Positions 13,801 through 26,953 of a stretch of 64,000 nucleotides of DNA are shown here, piece by piece. How positions within the stretch are numbered: the stretch's first letter is position 1; each line of letters opens with the position of its first letter. A program made the translations under genes and the position numbers. Origin of the DNA: Balanoglossus misakiensis (Eukaryota > Animalia > Hemichordata); the NCBI GenBank assembly GCA_040954595.2, contig CM082584.2:12685166-12749165 (forward strand). Direction: 5' to 3'. The notes below the pieces were generated by a model. That model worked only from the letters and a program-made list of their open reading frames with translations. It had not been told where the DNA came from and searched no databases.

Positions 13801-14233
13801 TTGATAATGGATGAGCCCAGTGACTACACACTGCTGACAGGGATGATCCCGGGAGTCAGTCCAGACGAACCGCTGTTAGACCACGGTAGGTATATGAATA
13901 TTTAATGTTGAAATTTGTCCATTTTTGTGTGGTAATCACATCCATGACTATATTAATGAGTATGAAATGTTATTTTTGGTATTGATATGTTCATAACCAA
14001 CTTCTTTGAAGTATTTTTTCTATTCCACAGAAGATTAATTCTTCTGTGCCTTTTTTTCTCCAAACTTGATTTCAGACTCTTCTAAGGATGTTTACTATAC
14101 ACTACCAACCCACCTTAACTCAAAGTATGGTTGCTTGGTTACAGAGCGATCGGGATTCGTTCCGGTTCAGATGCAGAGTGAACCCATGGATACAACTGCT
14201 AGTAGTGATGTTCCCACCACACCCACCAAATAA
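7804..14233 (+). CDS. NFI: Nuclear factor I (CTF/NFI), 3' portion; the DNA-binding-domain exon(s) must lie upstream of the window
   Basis: Phase-consistent GT-AG exons: 7804-7869, 9696-9776, 11120-11419, 11959/11962-12144, 12367/12370-12509, 12611-12733 (possible cassette), 12824-13022, 13246-13436, 13666-13885, 14145-14233 (TAA). Peptides ENFCSSGVFSAQELVRI, LRRSLPGS...YYGRSPAS..SQSSSW, LSDFVQLVC and PMLPPPPPPPVARPV match vertebrate NFI motifs (DSFVTSGVFSVTELVRV, MRRSLPS, LKEFVQLVC, PMLPPPPPPPMARPV). Confidence 0.93.
9987..10083. mobile_element. Short MITE-like element, copy 2 (inverted relative to 2381-2463)
   Basis: Starts TTAACCCTTTCACC. The internal GGTCCAATCTTACCATTGAAAACAATAGGATTGGACTG is near-identical to the reverse complement of copy 1. 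The right end GGTGAAACAGGGTTTTAA is degenerate. Confidence 0.65.
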
Positions 14234-17200
14234 AAACGCGTGTTGTGGTTTGATCCTTGTGTACATATTGACACCGTCTCCCACTAATAAAACTGATGAA
14301 TTTTCCCCTGGTGAAGGTCAAGCACCACAAGATGCTGGTTCCAGGCCGTTTTCATCAGATTTAGCTAATAGAACAAGATTGCTGTCAGTTTTGAGAATTT
14401 CTTTTCATGTTGCTTGAACTGTTTGCTTCACTGATGTGTTATTTTCTGCAGACATGATTTTGTTTGAAACAAAAATGTTTTCAATGATTTTATTTGGTGT
14501 GCAGAAAGATGCACTGCCAGTCCTGATTTTCTGAAAGTTAACGTTTCATTACAGAAAATAACGATACGACTGGTTGAATAAGCTCTTAGTATAAGATCAT
14601 CATCCAGTCAGAACTGGATTCTTGTGGATGGCATCGTGCAACTGATGTACATCATTGCCAAAATTCAACTCAGAAAGATAGAATATGCATGTTATGTTTT
14701 CAACTCACTCCACTTGTACCAGTATCTTTCCAAAAACCCAATCCCACAGTCATAGCATCTCTTAAGTCCCAGAGTTCAGTTTTTTCCCTCCCATCTTGTT
14801 AGATCAATTCCCATATGAAGACAATGTGGAATGCTGGAGGTGGGAGGAGTTTGGAACAAGTAAGCACCAACCGCAGAAACTTGGTTTTCACTTTCAGTTC
14901 CAAGCTACAAAGTGCATTTTGTAGAGGGTGGAGGAAATTATTTTATTCTTGTGTAGCACTTACAGTTCTCTTCAAGTGTTGGAAATTTATCCACAAAACA
15001 AAACATAACCGAACTTTGAGATACGTCCAGAAAAATCAATACAATTATATAAATCCAATGTGTGCTTGAGACACTTTGAAGGGTGATAATCACACAAAAT
15101 GTACTTTTTGAGTTACAGCGATTGCCTAGGGAACGACTTTCCTACCAGAAGTTTGTTTGTCTCATGCCATGTGTGCAGAAATGTAGTATTGGCCGAATAT
15201 ATGAATATTAGAATTGATACATTTTGGCCGGAAAACATTTCTCTGAACTGTCCAGTGTCAACTTAAATAGCAGTCTGAACAAGTTCAGTAAATTATCATT
15301 TCATTGCCATATTGATTTTCACACTTGTGATAAAAAGCTCACAATTCATTTTAGTTGCAGTTTACACTGTAAATGTTGTCTCCATGACATGCGAGATTAT
15401 TTGACAAAGCTTATGGGGCTTTCAAGCTTAACAAGCTAACTTTTAGAAGAGACATTTTGCAGAAAAAATGCAACCATTGATGGAGACACTAGCTATCAGT
15501 TAGTGGCTGTCTGAAGTCTGATTAGTTGGAGCAAAGCTCCACCTGTAATTCTGACCTTTGCTCCATCTGATCCAATGGCATTGGGTCGAGCAACTGTGAA
15601 GTCAGAAGAAGCGCTAATGTACAATTGCTGATCACTACAACAGATCGAAAAAAAGCAATATATACGGTACAACTCATTTATTGCTGTGGTGTTAATCTGT
15701 ATATGGATAGATAGGGAGCTCTTTTTGTTTCTTGTGTGTGTGTTATAAACCAGTGCAATTTCTAATAGAATTGATAGATCTATCAAGTTGATAGACTATA
15801 TATATAGCATATGTACACTCAGACATATCTTGGCTTATTTGCATGTACTTGTTAAGAACACCTGCTCTGAATAATTGTATGAAGGATATTGAACTATACA
15901 GAGAGTTCTCACTTTCATGTGTATAAAAATGAGTTTTATTTTCTATTCTACTGTCTGCAAGGATTGTTATCTGCAGAAAAGAAGCAAGCATCAAAAACGG
16001 GGAAAAATAAGTCAGAACGTCTTCCATTCATTGGTATGGTCATTTGTGTACTTACTTGGCTAGTCAAAACAGTTGATTTATAGCTCGATATGATAAGATT
16101 ATAAAACCACTTTAAACAAGAATTTACAACATCAGTAAGCAGATTTAACAGTCATCATTGAAAACAAAACCATTCATTTTCTTGAAAATGCAAATACCAT
16201 TTGTCACATGATAGAACAATTTCAGTCTGGTTGAATATAAAATATTAAAACCTATTAAAAAAAGACATTTATTCATGATGGCACGTTAGATCTGCTTCTA
16301 AATACCAATATTTTAGTAATTACCGTGTGTTTTTGACATTTCTTCATTATTTTCCATTTCTGTAGCAGTTAAATGCATTTTTTCTTGTAAGATCAAATTT
16401 TAATATATATTCCATCTTTATATAAAAAATTAGTATCTTTTACTTTCTGTGTAAAGAAAACCAAATTGTTTGTTCTTTTCTGTAAATTTTTATTTTGGAA
16501 CAAAAGATTTTTTCGAAGAAAACAAAAAGAGTCTTTTTTATTGGCAAAGAAAGGTTTGGTTTGTACAAAAATCAAGTTTTTGTAAATAGGTGTAAAATTG
16601 AAAAGGCTAACAACAAAATTGAGTGTTTTATTACTTTTTAGAAGATTTTGGTGTACAGTTTTTTGGGGCAGCAACTGAGCTGATTGATGGCTTTCATTGT
16701 GTGTGAGTGAAATTTCTTTACCAATGAACTGTTTTCTTTTATTTTGAGGAAGAAAAAACTTTTACATGATTTTTGGAATGCCAAATTTACAAAATGATGT
16801 TGATTTTGACTGTCAAATTGATTTCCTATGTGGCATAGGGCAGTTTTGTAATATACTTGTGGGAGGAACACATTGCTATGGTAACATCAATGGTGACAGG
16901 GGTGGAGATATGGATCAGCAACATTGGCCTGGCTCAACAGACAAACCACCTGGTGTCTTTGTCCTAAAACTTACTATTTAATGTTATCCCCTATCCTTAT
17001 AAAAGGCATAAAAATGATATATATTAAATTGTAGGGTTGACATTCCATTCAGAAGTTTATTTCTAGAGCTACTGTACAGTATGGCAACTATATTTATGAT
17101 AAGATAAAAATATTTATTTCTCTTCTTGAGGCAGGCACTGTTGCTTATTGTTCAAAATTGTGTGAATGGATAACAGCATTGTCCCTTGAAATGCTATTGG

Positions 17201-18600
17201 TCACAGCAGATGTTGCACAGTTTGTATGTCATATATAGGGTTAGTCTCAAACGTTGCTAATGGTAGATTCATCAGCTGATAGTTTTTGTAGCTATTCAGA
17301 ATTGAGAACTGTGTTGTTCTGTCGCCTTACTTGGGCTACTGTGGTAACATTGTTTGAGCGTGGATGGAAGAAATGAATTTGAAACGTCAGGTAGTCCTCA
17401 GACAAAAATTGCAGGATTTTTGTAAAACCTACACGCACAAATTTGCTTCTTGTTGATCACAGTAGAAGACTGTGATGAACAGAGCACCATTTGATAAGAA
17501 AAATGTTGAAAAAAGGAACCTTTCGTTAGGAACACAACTTTTGGAGAATGAGGAATTTGTTGGAATGCACCTCATAGTCAACATGCTAGCTTTCTGTCTG
17601 AGAGAAGCTGGCTGGGGATTTGACTGTAAAGCCAATTTCAGAGAGATATAGAAATGACCAACAACATGGGCTTGACGATTGGGTCACGGGTGGACTAAAA
17701 GGTTCAGTTAGTGCATGGGTGCTTGTGAACTCTCGTTTGTTGAGACCACCAAGCATATTTGCACAGAACTGAAATTTTCAGTCCAAGACACGCTTGTAAA
17801 TACATGTAATAGTACTACTGGTGCATTCCATCTATGCAAAGTAACTTTAAGGAGAGAATTCAGGTCTTTTACTTTGTGTGGAAAGTTGTAAATGGAGAGA
17901 TATATGTTACCATGGAAAGCTAGCAGTGACCATATACAGAGACCGACTGTGAAGTGAAAACAACCCAAATAGTAAACCATAGACGTGTGTCAAGCACTTG
18001 AACAACATTTGAAGTAGATAGAAACTGTCATCTTTCCCTGTCACTTGTGAAAAGTATACATAGTTTTTACAAAACCAGGAGAGTTCTGTCAGAGAGAATG
18101 AGTAAGAGAGAAGGGGGAGAGAATTAAAGTTTGTTCACCATTACTTCCAAAGAACCATGTATTTTGAATTTGCAGAAACCACTCTTAATTTGTTTCTATA
18201 ATTAACTTAATTACATTAGTACTGATAAATATAGCAACCACTTGTGTATAAAACTGAACAAAATAGTACTAGAAGTAAATATGAACTTAGATGTAAAGAA
18301 TTTTTATGAAGTATTTAAATATGGCAGTTTACTTGGAAAACATTTTATTTGATACAAAATACATGGTTTTCTTGGAAGTGTTGTATGTGCCTCACTGTTG
18401 ATATGTACAGTTTCAGTCGTGTATAAAGTTGGGATCAGATACGAACTGCCCTATTTTACATGCAGAGATTTTTAATTGTTCCAAAAAAACAATCAGAAAA
18501 TGATGAATAATAATAATGATAAGATAATATGCAACTTCTTTGACTTGCCACTGTTTTATTTAAAAAAACAGTTTAAATTAAATGTCTTAAATCTATGAGA
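14234..18600 (+). other. Putative long NFI 3' UTR
   Basis: No further coding exons. U/A-rich blocks (16380-16760), TGTAHATA motifs, and ATTAAA near 18577. The end point is approximate. Confidence 0.5.
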
Positions 18601-20635
18601 AATTTGTCTGTCATCTTTGTATGTGTCTGTGTGAAATACATTCATTACTATACTTGCAACCTGGCCAAGATGGCAGCTGATACTGATTTTAGATACTATC
18701 GCAAACTCGAAAGTTTACAAGACACGAGCGCTGATTGGTTAAAATAACGTTCGTAATCAACACGCCCCATATGTTATCCAATAGCGCGACACGTACGTTA
18801 TGACTAGGAACTATGAAGCAGACGACAATCGTCGGTGCCGATTATAACATTTCGTGGTCAAGTGAGAAAAAGAATTTCACACACCCACGACGCACGAGCC
18901 AAAGGCGAAAGAGAGACACAGAAGTTATTAGTTGGAGATGCAAGCGAGTACGTGTGAGACAAATTCCCAACTTCGAAGTGGGGAGGGGGTGTGTCACCTA
19001 TGTCATTAGCCTTTTCTCGTCCCCTTTCAACTCCGGTATCCACTACGTTCACTACTCGCTATCACACAAACTTTATCCCCTCCGAGCTCCGCACAACACC
19101 TACTACGCTACATTGTCCCTCCCCCCACGTTTATACCTGGCAATCCTGATCTCAAGCTTAGCCAAAGTTGTGTACAACTACTAGTTTAGAAAGCTTACAT
19201 ACTAGTACGCAACAAACAATTCCTTACCTTGACCTCCGAGAGTCAGTTCATTATTAGCATACTTCAACCATCTTGGGCACAAATCCAAATATTCCCGGTG
19301 TTTACACTGTATGCGAGAAAAACAGACCTAGTTTCCAATCCTAATGGCTGTGCTCGTTGGTGCGCGATATCCTCATTTTACTATAAATACAACTACACGT
19401 GGCCAGCGTGGTTCATTTCATCACAAGACAAGAGCATGTACCAAGATAATCTGTAGATGGCGCTGTTTATATGCAAATATCTCCACGGTTGAGTGCCACA
19501 CACCGTCTTTGAAGCTCAAATTCACTTGACAATTTTGTTTAATAAATATGATAAAAACATTCCAGTTTGCAGGTCTTCAGCACACATAACTAAACTATCC
19601 AACGTGGCAGTTAATTTGTTATTTTATTGTTTTGGTCCTCTGACAACACCTATGCCTAAATTTGAGTCATCCTTTTATTGACTCTACTTTCTATCACAAT
19701 GTCTCATAATATTATTCAAACAATTCAAAGACCAACGCACTTTGGTTGACTTGGTGATACTCTGATTGGCTCATATCCAAGTAAGAGTTATTTTTGGCAT
19801 CCATACATCATGTGATTGCTCTAAACAATATGAAAAAAATACTTGTGAACTTTGGTACAAACAACAAACCCCTCCTTCATGAGTTCTGACTGTCCCAGTT
19901 AAAGAGGAAAATGCCCATGCAAATGGAATCACACTTTACTTGACCAAACATAAAGCATATTATTTTGACTTTAATGCCTTCTAAATGTCAATTAATTTCA
20001 AAACATTGTCATGTGAACACATGTATAGTACCCATGCTATGCGGATTGAATTCACATTCAGAAAGCTATATTATATATCCAAGTGTGTGAAAGTTTGGTT
20101 TTAGAAAGTACTAAAATATCCATGACCAAGAATTTCCTGGAAAAGATTACTCAAAGCATATATTTGGAATTGTTTGGCTTCACAGTTTTAGTAAACATGT
20201 TGTTATCTGAGCTGCCCGGCATCTGGATGGTACAGTGATAGCGCCCTCAACATGCCACTGCAAACATTTTTTGCTGTAACATTTTTAACGTTTTTTTATA
20301 CGAAAGTTCAATCATACATTCAACAAAGAAGAGTGCCCTATAGTCCACAAATTTTACTGGTGGGGCTGTAATTGAAAGAAGTGTAATGTGTAAATAAAAG
20401 TATCAATAACCCTCGGTAATTACTGAAACAATATGGACAAGTACTTAATTAAAAATTAATCAAACCTTACACCTGTATGTAAAACCAGTCATCTATGGCA
20501 ATAAATCTCTTTGAATGAATAAAAGTTACATTATAATAATTTGAACCACCACTGTACTGAACCATTATATGATTTACTACCTGAAATACCTATCACTAAA
20601 CATTTTACAATATGTTACCATATACCTAACACCAA

Positions 20636-23600
20636 TCAAAATGAGTCTACTACTATTTCTTTACTTTGGACCTTTGCCCCTGGTCGCCTAGCAGCCAATC
20701 TCACCATCATGGTTGCCTCCTTAGCTGCGACTGACTCACATTTTTTCTTCGGTGTCACTTTCCTGCTGTCAGGTTCTGCTTTGGCAGTCATAGTTTCTTC
20801 TACTTTGAACACTACAACCTCACTTTCTATGATTTTGCCGTCCTTTTCTTGATGTGAAGTGACCGACTTGTAAACCGGTTGTATTGTTGTCTTTTTACTT
20901 TGTGTCAGTGTTTTTATCGGGTCATGGCTGTCCTCGCCTTTGTTCCATGAACGGACATCAATCTCTGGATTTCCGCTTCCCTGTGACAGGATCCGTGGGC
21001 TTGGTCCATCATCTCTCGTCGACAGCACCTGTATATCTGCAAGTTCACTACTCAGTGGCTGGGTGTGTGTGTCACGCTTTTTAGTTTTAATCTCTGACAA
21101 CCACGGAAGGGTTTCTGGACCTTTTGATTCTTTAGCTGTTGATGAGTCTAATCTCGGACTCTCCTTAGTTGGGGCATATTCAGTTTCTTTGGGTTCAACA
21201 ATCTGATCCTCTTTATTCTTTTCCACAAAAGTGAAATATGGCCTCTGATTTTTGCTGCCACCAATCTTCCTCTCAGAACTCCCCTCACCACCTTCTGCTC
21301 TTGTTCTTGTCAGGTGTCCCCTCTCTGTTTTCTCCTCCTCCCTTTTATCACTCCCCCGGCTGTGTTGGTGGGGGCTGTCCTGGCCAATGACTGCACTCAG
21401 AGAGAATCTAGAACTCAACTTCGCTGGAAGACTTTTACTTTTGTTGTGGCTGATTCTCAACATTTCACTCGGGTGTCTAGACTGCAGATCTAACGGAAGA
21501 CTTTTCAGACCCAGGTCTCTTTCACCGAACGACTTCCTCCTCTGCATCTGTTCTGCGTCCATAACAGATATGAAGGGCATCGAGTAAGCAGAGAAGAATT
21601 TATCTGTGGAATACATCGATACAGGAGAGGAGTAGTGACTGAAACGTCTCCGTAGCGACTGAGGTGAACTTGGAGCACTTTTGGCCGTCAGTTCTCTTCC
21701 CAGTTCAACCTCCGATCTGTCATCGATTGAGTCCTGTCTCATCATGTGTGATCGGCGTAGACTGGTACTTAAAATGTCTCCGTCAACCAGACTTTTTTTA
21801 ACTGTCTCATCAACCAGTGTTGGCAGAGTCAATATCTCCACCTGGCCTCTCTGTTGAAAACTGCTTTCTGACGTCTGCTTGCCAGAACTGAAGTTATTGT
21901 GAATTGATGGCAGTTTCTGTTCCTTGCGCTCAGATAGCAATATCGTATTATTCATCTGACCATCCATGTGCTTCGGAGCTTCTAAACTGTTGACCTTCTC
22001 TGCGGCTCTATCTTCCATTGCAACCTCCTTGTCTTTGTCACTTATTTTTTCTTCTGTCTCAGGTTCAGTTCTTTCAATCAATCTCTCTTCCCTGCTGACT
22101 TGTCCCCCCTCATCTGTCATCGCCAAAAAATCTGAATACCGATCCGGTCCAAAGTGTCGGTAAAATGGCGTGATACGTGTCTGTCCATGCATGGATGCAT
22201 TGCCAACATCTGCCTTGTCTTTATTGTAGCCTGCCTGATCAAGTGCAGTGATGATGTGTTTGTTGGCAATCCCTTCAAGAGACTTCTGTCTTCTCTTTTT
22301 CTTCCAGCGCCTCAGCGTGTCAATGTCATACTCGTCATTACCGTTTGATTGCTTTTTGTTACTCTCCTCCAGTGGTGTCACTTCGTTGTCAAGGCTACAC
22401 TGGATGCCAGTCTCTCTCCTTGGTTTCCATGACTGCTTCCGTTCCTGCTTTTTCATCTCCATCTCTTCCTTTTCCCTTTCCAGCTGCAACATGGACTCTT
22501 CATACCTGAAATGAAAAAAAAAATATCATGGGTGAACCTGCACAAAGAACTTCTGGCGATCAGTGGTGCTCAGGACTATGGCTTATAGACAAAAAAACAA
22601 CGAATCACTACAAAACTAATAAAATTTGTGATTACCTCTGTCTGGAAAGCCTTTCTTCTTCTTTCAGTTTTGACACAAATTCACTGTCTTGTTGGCGTTG
22701 TTTGATGTGATACTCTTCTAATTCCATCTCAAGCGATTTGAAGAATTCGTTGATGAGAACTTTCTCGCTGATGACTTCCTCTCTGTGTTTTTCGAGTTTG
22801 TCCCTCAAAGCATTCTCCCTCTCTCTGGCCTTCTCTTGATTTTCTGCATCGTTGTCTAATTCATTGCCCTGTGGATGACCAATATATTCAGTTTCAATAT
22901 ACAGTCACGGCATCCTAAAAGGCAGTATAATTCAGTCCAATTTGAATACTGTTCCTACTGTGTTGTGATTGGATAGAAAGAGTCATGTGTCAAGAAAATG
23001 CAATTAGCCATGAATCCTTGGGAAAATGGTTGACCAATAACTTTACATCACTACAGCATTGGCAAAGACAAAAATTGTGCTTTAGAGGAAGATTTCTTCA
23101 CCTGTTTGATGTACTGACTCAATGACTTCAACATTTGCAGATAGCTGAGAAGTTCATTCTGTCCCTTTCCTCTCACCACTGCATCTACACTGAGTTGTGG
23201 GGGCACGCCCAGGTAGTGTTGGGCAGTTTCTATGGCGATTTCTAGACGTTCCTCAGGTGTGTGGAAAAGAATCTCCTACAAGAGAAAGGAGGAGCAAGAA
23301 TGAGTCAGAGTGCCCTTGAACACGCAGTTTGGATCCTTTGGTTTTTAGGTTTTCACAAATTTCACTCCCCCATTCTGTGTGTATCTACTTCACGTTTAGG
23401 ATCATTGCTAGCTGAACTGCTAGAATGTAATTTTCCATAGTAAACCAAACAAATGAAAAGAAAGAAACTTATAATCCCTGATAGTGCAGATACCGGTAAA
23501 TGATTTGAAGAAAGACACCACTGACACACTGCTTATCAGAATCAGAAGAAAGCTGGAGATACTTCCCTGTGACCAAAACCAAGGACAGAAACCATTACAA

Positions 23601-26198
23601 ATTTACATGCATAAACCTCCATTATCAAGAGTTGGAAATTCTGGTGTTTTCATCAAGCAGATTGGGAAATTAGGGAAAAAGCACCTTCAACCACTGAACA
23701 TGCCAACTTGTGGATGAAGTTCTCCTACCTCGTGTGTGATTACACCATTGCAGAGATGATTTACAATGGCGCATAATATAATGCCATCCTCAAATCTATT
23801 AAATATAATACAATGATCCATTTAAGAAAATGTTGATCCTGTTTTGGCTTTCGCAAAATTTGTCTGTTCACTGAGAAACACTCGAATCACAACAAATCAC
23901 ATTTGAAATTCAAGGAATCTACCAGCCCCTGGGAGTCTGACAGTTGCTTCATATGAGTATTTAAACATGTAAAACTGTACTTACACAGTGTAATCAGGAA
24001 TTGTGATCTTCACCAATTTCTGCACCCAGCTGAGAACAGCCATGTCTTCTTTGTACAAAATCACAATCCCACCAATGTTCCTGTTACCAAATAGACTGCT
24101 GTAGTATCCATGGTAACCACCCTCAAAGCTCTTGTTCGACTTTGGCACGTTTTTGGATGTTCTGTCAGCTGTGCCTGGATGTTTCTGTTTCTGTGCCTGT
24201 GTAAGGGTTATCAACACTGGTGGCTCTGGTGTTCTGTTTGATGGTTGGTGAGATGGGCGGTTGGAATTTTCCTGTTTCCATGGTAACCTTGGATTCTTTT
24301 GGTGCCGTTTTGCATAGTTTCCTGAAACATACATAACCCTAAGGTAATACGAGAAATTTCCCCAAAACTTAGAGTTATAGTTCCACACAAAATGACATGT
24401 TATACATACCATCGAATCTGAGCCTCATTGCATGGCACAGAGCCAGAACAGCTTTCAAATTAGAGTCAACCAGATCTGTGAAAATAAAATGATTGTGTTG
24501 ATTTCACCTAGAACAAACCGTGAATCCATAAACTTTCTCTCAATATTACAGAAAGCATAGTGTTATATCAATCATCAAACTTTTACTATAGTAAGGGAAA
24601 CTGATGGGATTGTTATATACTTCATCAATCCGTCCTCAGTTCAGATGAGTACAATTGCACGTCTGCAGGGATGATCTGGTATAGTGGACCAGTCATACTA
24701 CCCTACACGGCTCTCAGATACCCCCCCCCCCCCCCCCCCACTGATAAATCAGACTTCATACCTGCAGCAGAAACATTGACCAAATTGACACCTCTCTCAG
24801 ACAGGAATTTCAAGCATCCGTCAATGTTTTCTATTTTCTGGAACCTCATCACTGGATTGTCATGGTAACAGGTTGGTACTTCACAGGCTGGAAAAGTCAC
24901 ACACATGAAAACAGTTACTGATCTGTGCGAAAAGTGTGCACTGTTAACTTAGAATTATAATATTATGTTTCAGTACCAATAACAGAGAAGTTCACAGGTT
25001 GAGAATTTCAGCTGGAGAGCCAATATCACAGCAAACACAGGGATATAGTCTCTCCAGCCATGTTCTGTCACTTCTTCTATTGCATCACATGAGTGCACCA
25101 TAGCTCATCATGATCAATACATGACAAAATGTCTGCATGCAACAAATCCCAATTGTGTTTCACACAATGACTACGTGTGACATGAGGGTAAAATGACCCT
25201 GAGAATACAAATAAAACAGTATGGTAATTACAATATGTTTTTATTTTTAGGTGGTTTCCATGGCAGCCATGACATAATGAAAGTTGATAGCATTGAAGAA
25301 TATGGAGTCTATACCCACAAAATGCTGCTGTGCATAAAAAAAAATTGATTTGCATTCAACTGTAGAGGTGGCAGCTGGCGGGATGGTTTTGTTTAGTGTC
25401 ATGTAGAATATATCGCTGCATTGTGAAAAAAGTGATAGTGATTTTTAAGCATAGTACATCAACCTAATTTACGAAATTTGCCACAACAAAAGAGAAACAT
25501 ACACGAAATAACTGTAGAAGGGAAAATGTCATATTTAATGCAATCATTGTCCTTTATATTTGCCTGTGGTGTGTTTATGTTACAGAAACCGTGCGACTAT
25601 TGAGTATGGTATTCACAAACTCTATTGAATTTTCCATTCATTTGCATTCAGAATAAATTGTTCGGCTTTCTGACTAAACATTACTACCAGCACATTCCTC
25701 TAAAATTTGCACACCTTGTTCCAGAAAAAAAACTCACTGCAGGTCGGGTAGTTGAGAACACAATGAGATCATAATAGAGATGTAATAATATCTAAGGTAT
25801 AAGGTATAATATCTGACCTAACTCTTCAGCAAGGTGAAGCAGAGTTACTCCGTCTCCAAGATCTCTTTCCAATGACACCAATAACTTGGCATCTGGCATT
25901 TCTTGGAGGTGACCATTTGCCCAATTCAACATTTCCTAATAAAAAGAAAAACACCCCAAATAATATTATTCACATTGAATATGATTGTCTATATCTAAGG
26001 CAATTAACAACAATCCCTATCTTGAAATACATGTACATGTAACAAAGAAAATCAGTATCTTGTCTTCAGTTTTACCTTTCTCTCTGAATCAACCATTTCC
26101 CCTTGCACTGATGGATTGTGGGAAGGTCCTGTGATCTTATAAAGTGGGTTGGCATTTTTGTTCCTATTAAGGATCAGCTGAGCTGTTCTGTCACTCAT
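20636..26198 (-). CDS. Tandem calponin-homology (CH1-CH2 actin-binding-type) domain protein with coiled coil and ~620 aa low-complexity tail, ~1037 aa
   Basis: Phase-consistent exons: 26198-26076 (ATG with in-frame stop upstream), 25935-25818, 24887-24762, 24475-24410, 24321-23985, 23795-23729, 23275-23102, 22868-22636, 22505-20636. CH motifs: EMLNWANGHL...DLGDGVTLLHLAEEL, RFQKIENIDGCLKFLSERGVNLVNVSAADLVDSNLKAVLAL, AVLSWVQK...FEDGIILCAIVNHL, RLEIAIETAQHYLGVPPQL. Confidence 0.85.
24721..24739. repeat. C19 homopolymer (G19 on the transcribed strand), intronic
   Basis: Read directly; about 22 nt downstream of the minus-strand donor at 24761. Confidence 0.95.
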
Positions 26199-26849
26199 TT
26201 TTGTTGCATAGTGACCAACAACTGGAAATTGTGTCTTCTAATACACTGCAATAAAAACAGAAATACAAATATTTACATTGGAGTTCTTATCAGTGTTTCG
26301 CACGGCTTAAATGAAATCCCTTGTAATTAGGTCCATACCAGGAGAAATTGACAATACATGTACATTGCAACATAATAATAGATTGACTGTTGTATGCAAA
26401 TCCTCCAGGCCAGAACTATAGCCTATGGATCCCTGGCTATCATTTGATGGGCGTGACCTGAGGTGTATATCGTCTCAAATCATCAAGTTCAATAATTCAT
26501 TGTTATACTAACCTGATCTGCAGTCACTCATGACGAACTTGGACAATTATCCATTCATTCCGATTCTGTCTCCACCGCGTGGCTCGGTGAGTAAATTCGA
26601 CAAAGCCATCATTGCTCGCCACATCATGCGTGCCATCCCTTTCACTTTTTACGCTGTGCTGAGAGGTCCGTTCCGCTCTGGTGGGCAGGCAAGGCAATGT
26701 CGGGAGGCCAACACAACAACGAAACAAATGTACCTACCCGCATGTAGAAATTGATTTGGGAGCATATGATAGCTCGCAACGAAACTTTATTTCTATGCAA
26801 GTACGGTTGCCTTTACAACGAATTAATGGGAAACCAAATAAACAAACCA

Positions 26850-26953
26850 ATCCTATAGAATAGTCTTATAAGATTTTGGCACCTTTCTTAAAGGAATCCT
26901 TTAAGAAATCCTGAAGGATTCCTATAGGAACCCTAAAAGATATTTTTGTAAAG
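26850..26953. repeat. Cluster of short palindromes (TCCT-NN-AGGA units), probable non-autonomous DNA transposon remnant
   Basis: TTCTTAAAGGA-A-TCCTTTAAGAA, AATCCTGAAGGATT and TTCCTATAGGAA occur in tandem. Confidence 0.5.

Noticed and set aside
20541-22514. Several + strand ORFs overlapping the 618-aa ORF
   Set aside because: They are antisense shadows of the large terminal exon of the CH gene.
23490-23570. Possible extra exon in the CH gene
   Set aside because: The flanking exons join in phase to complete CH2 without it, and its splice signals are weak.
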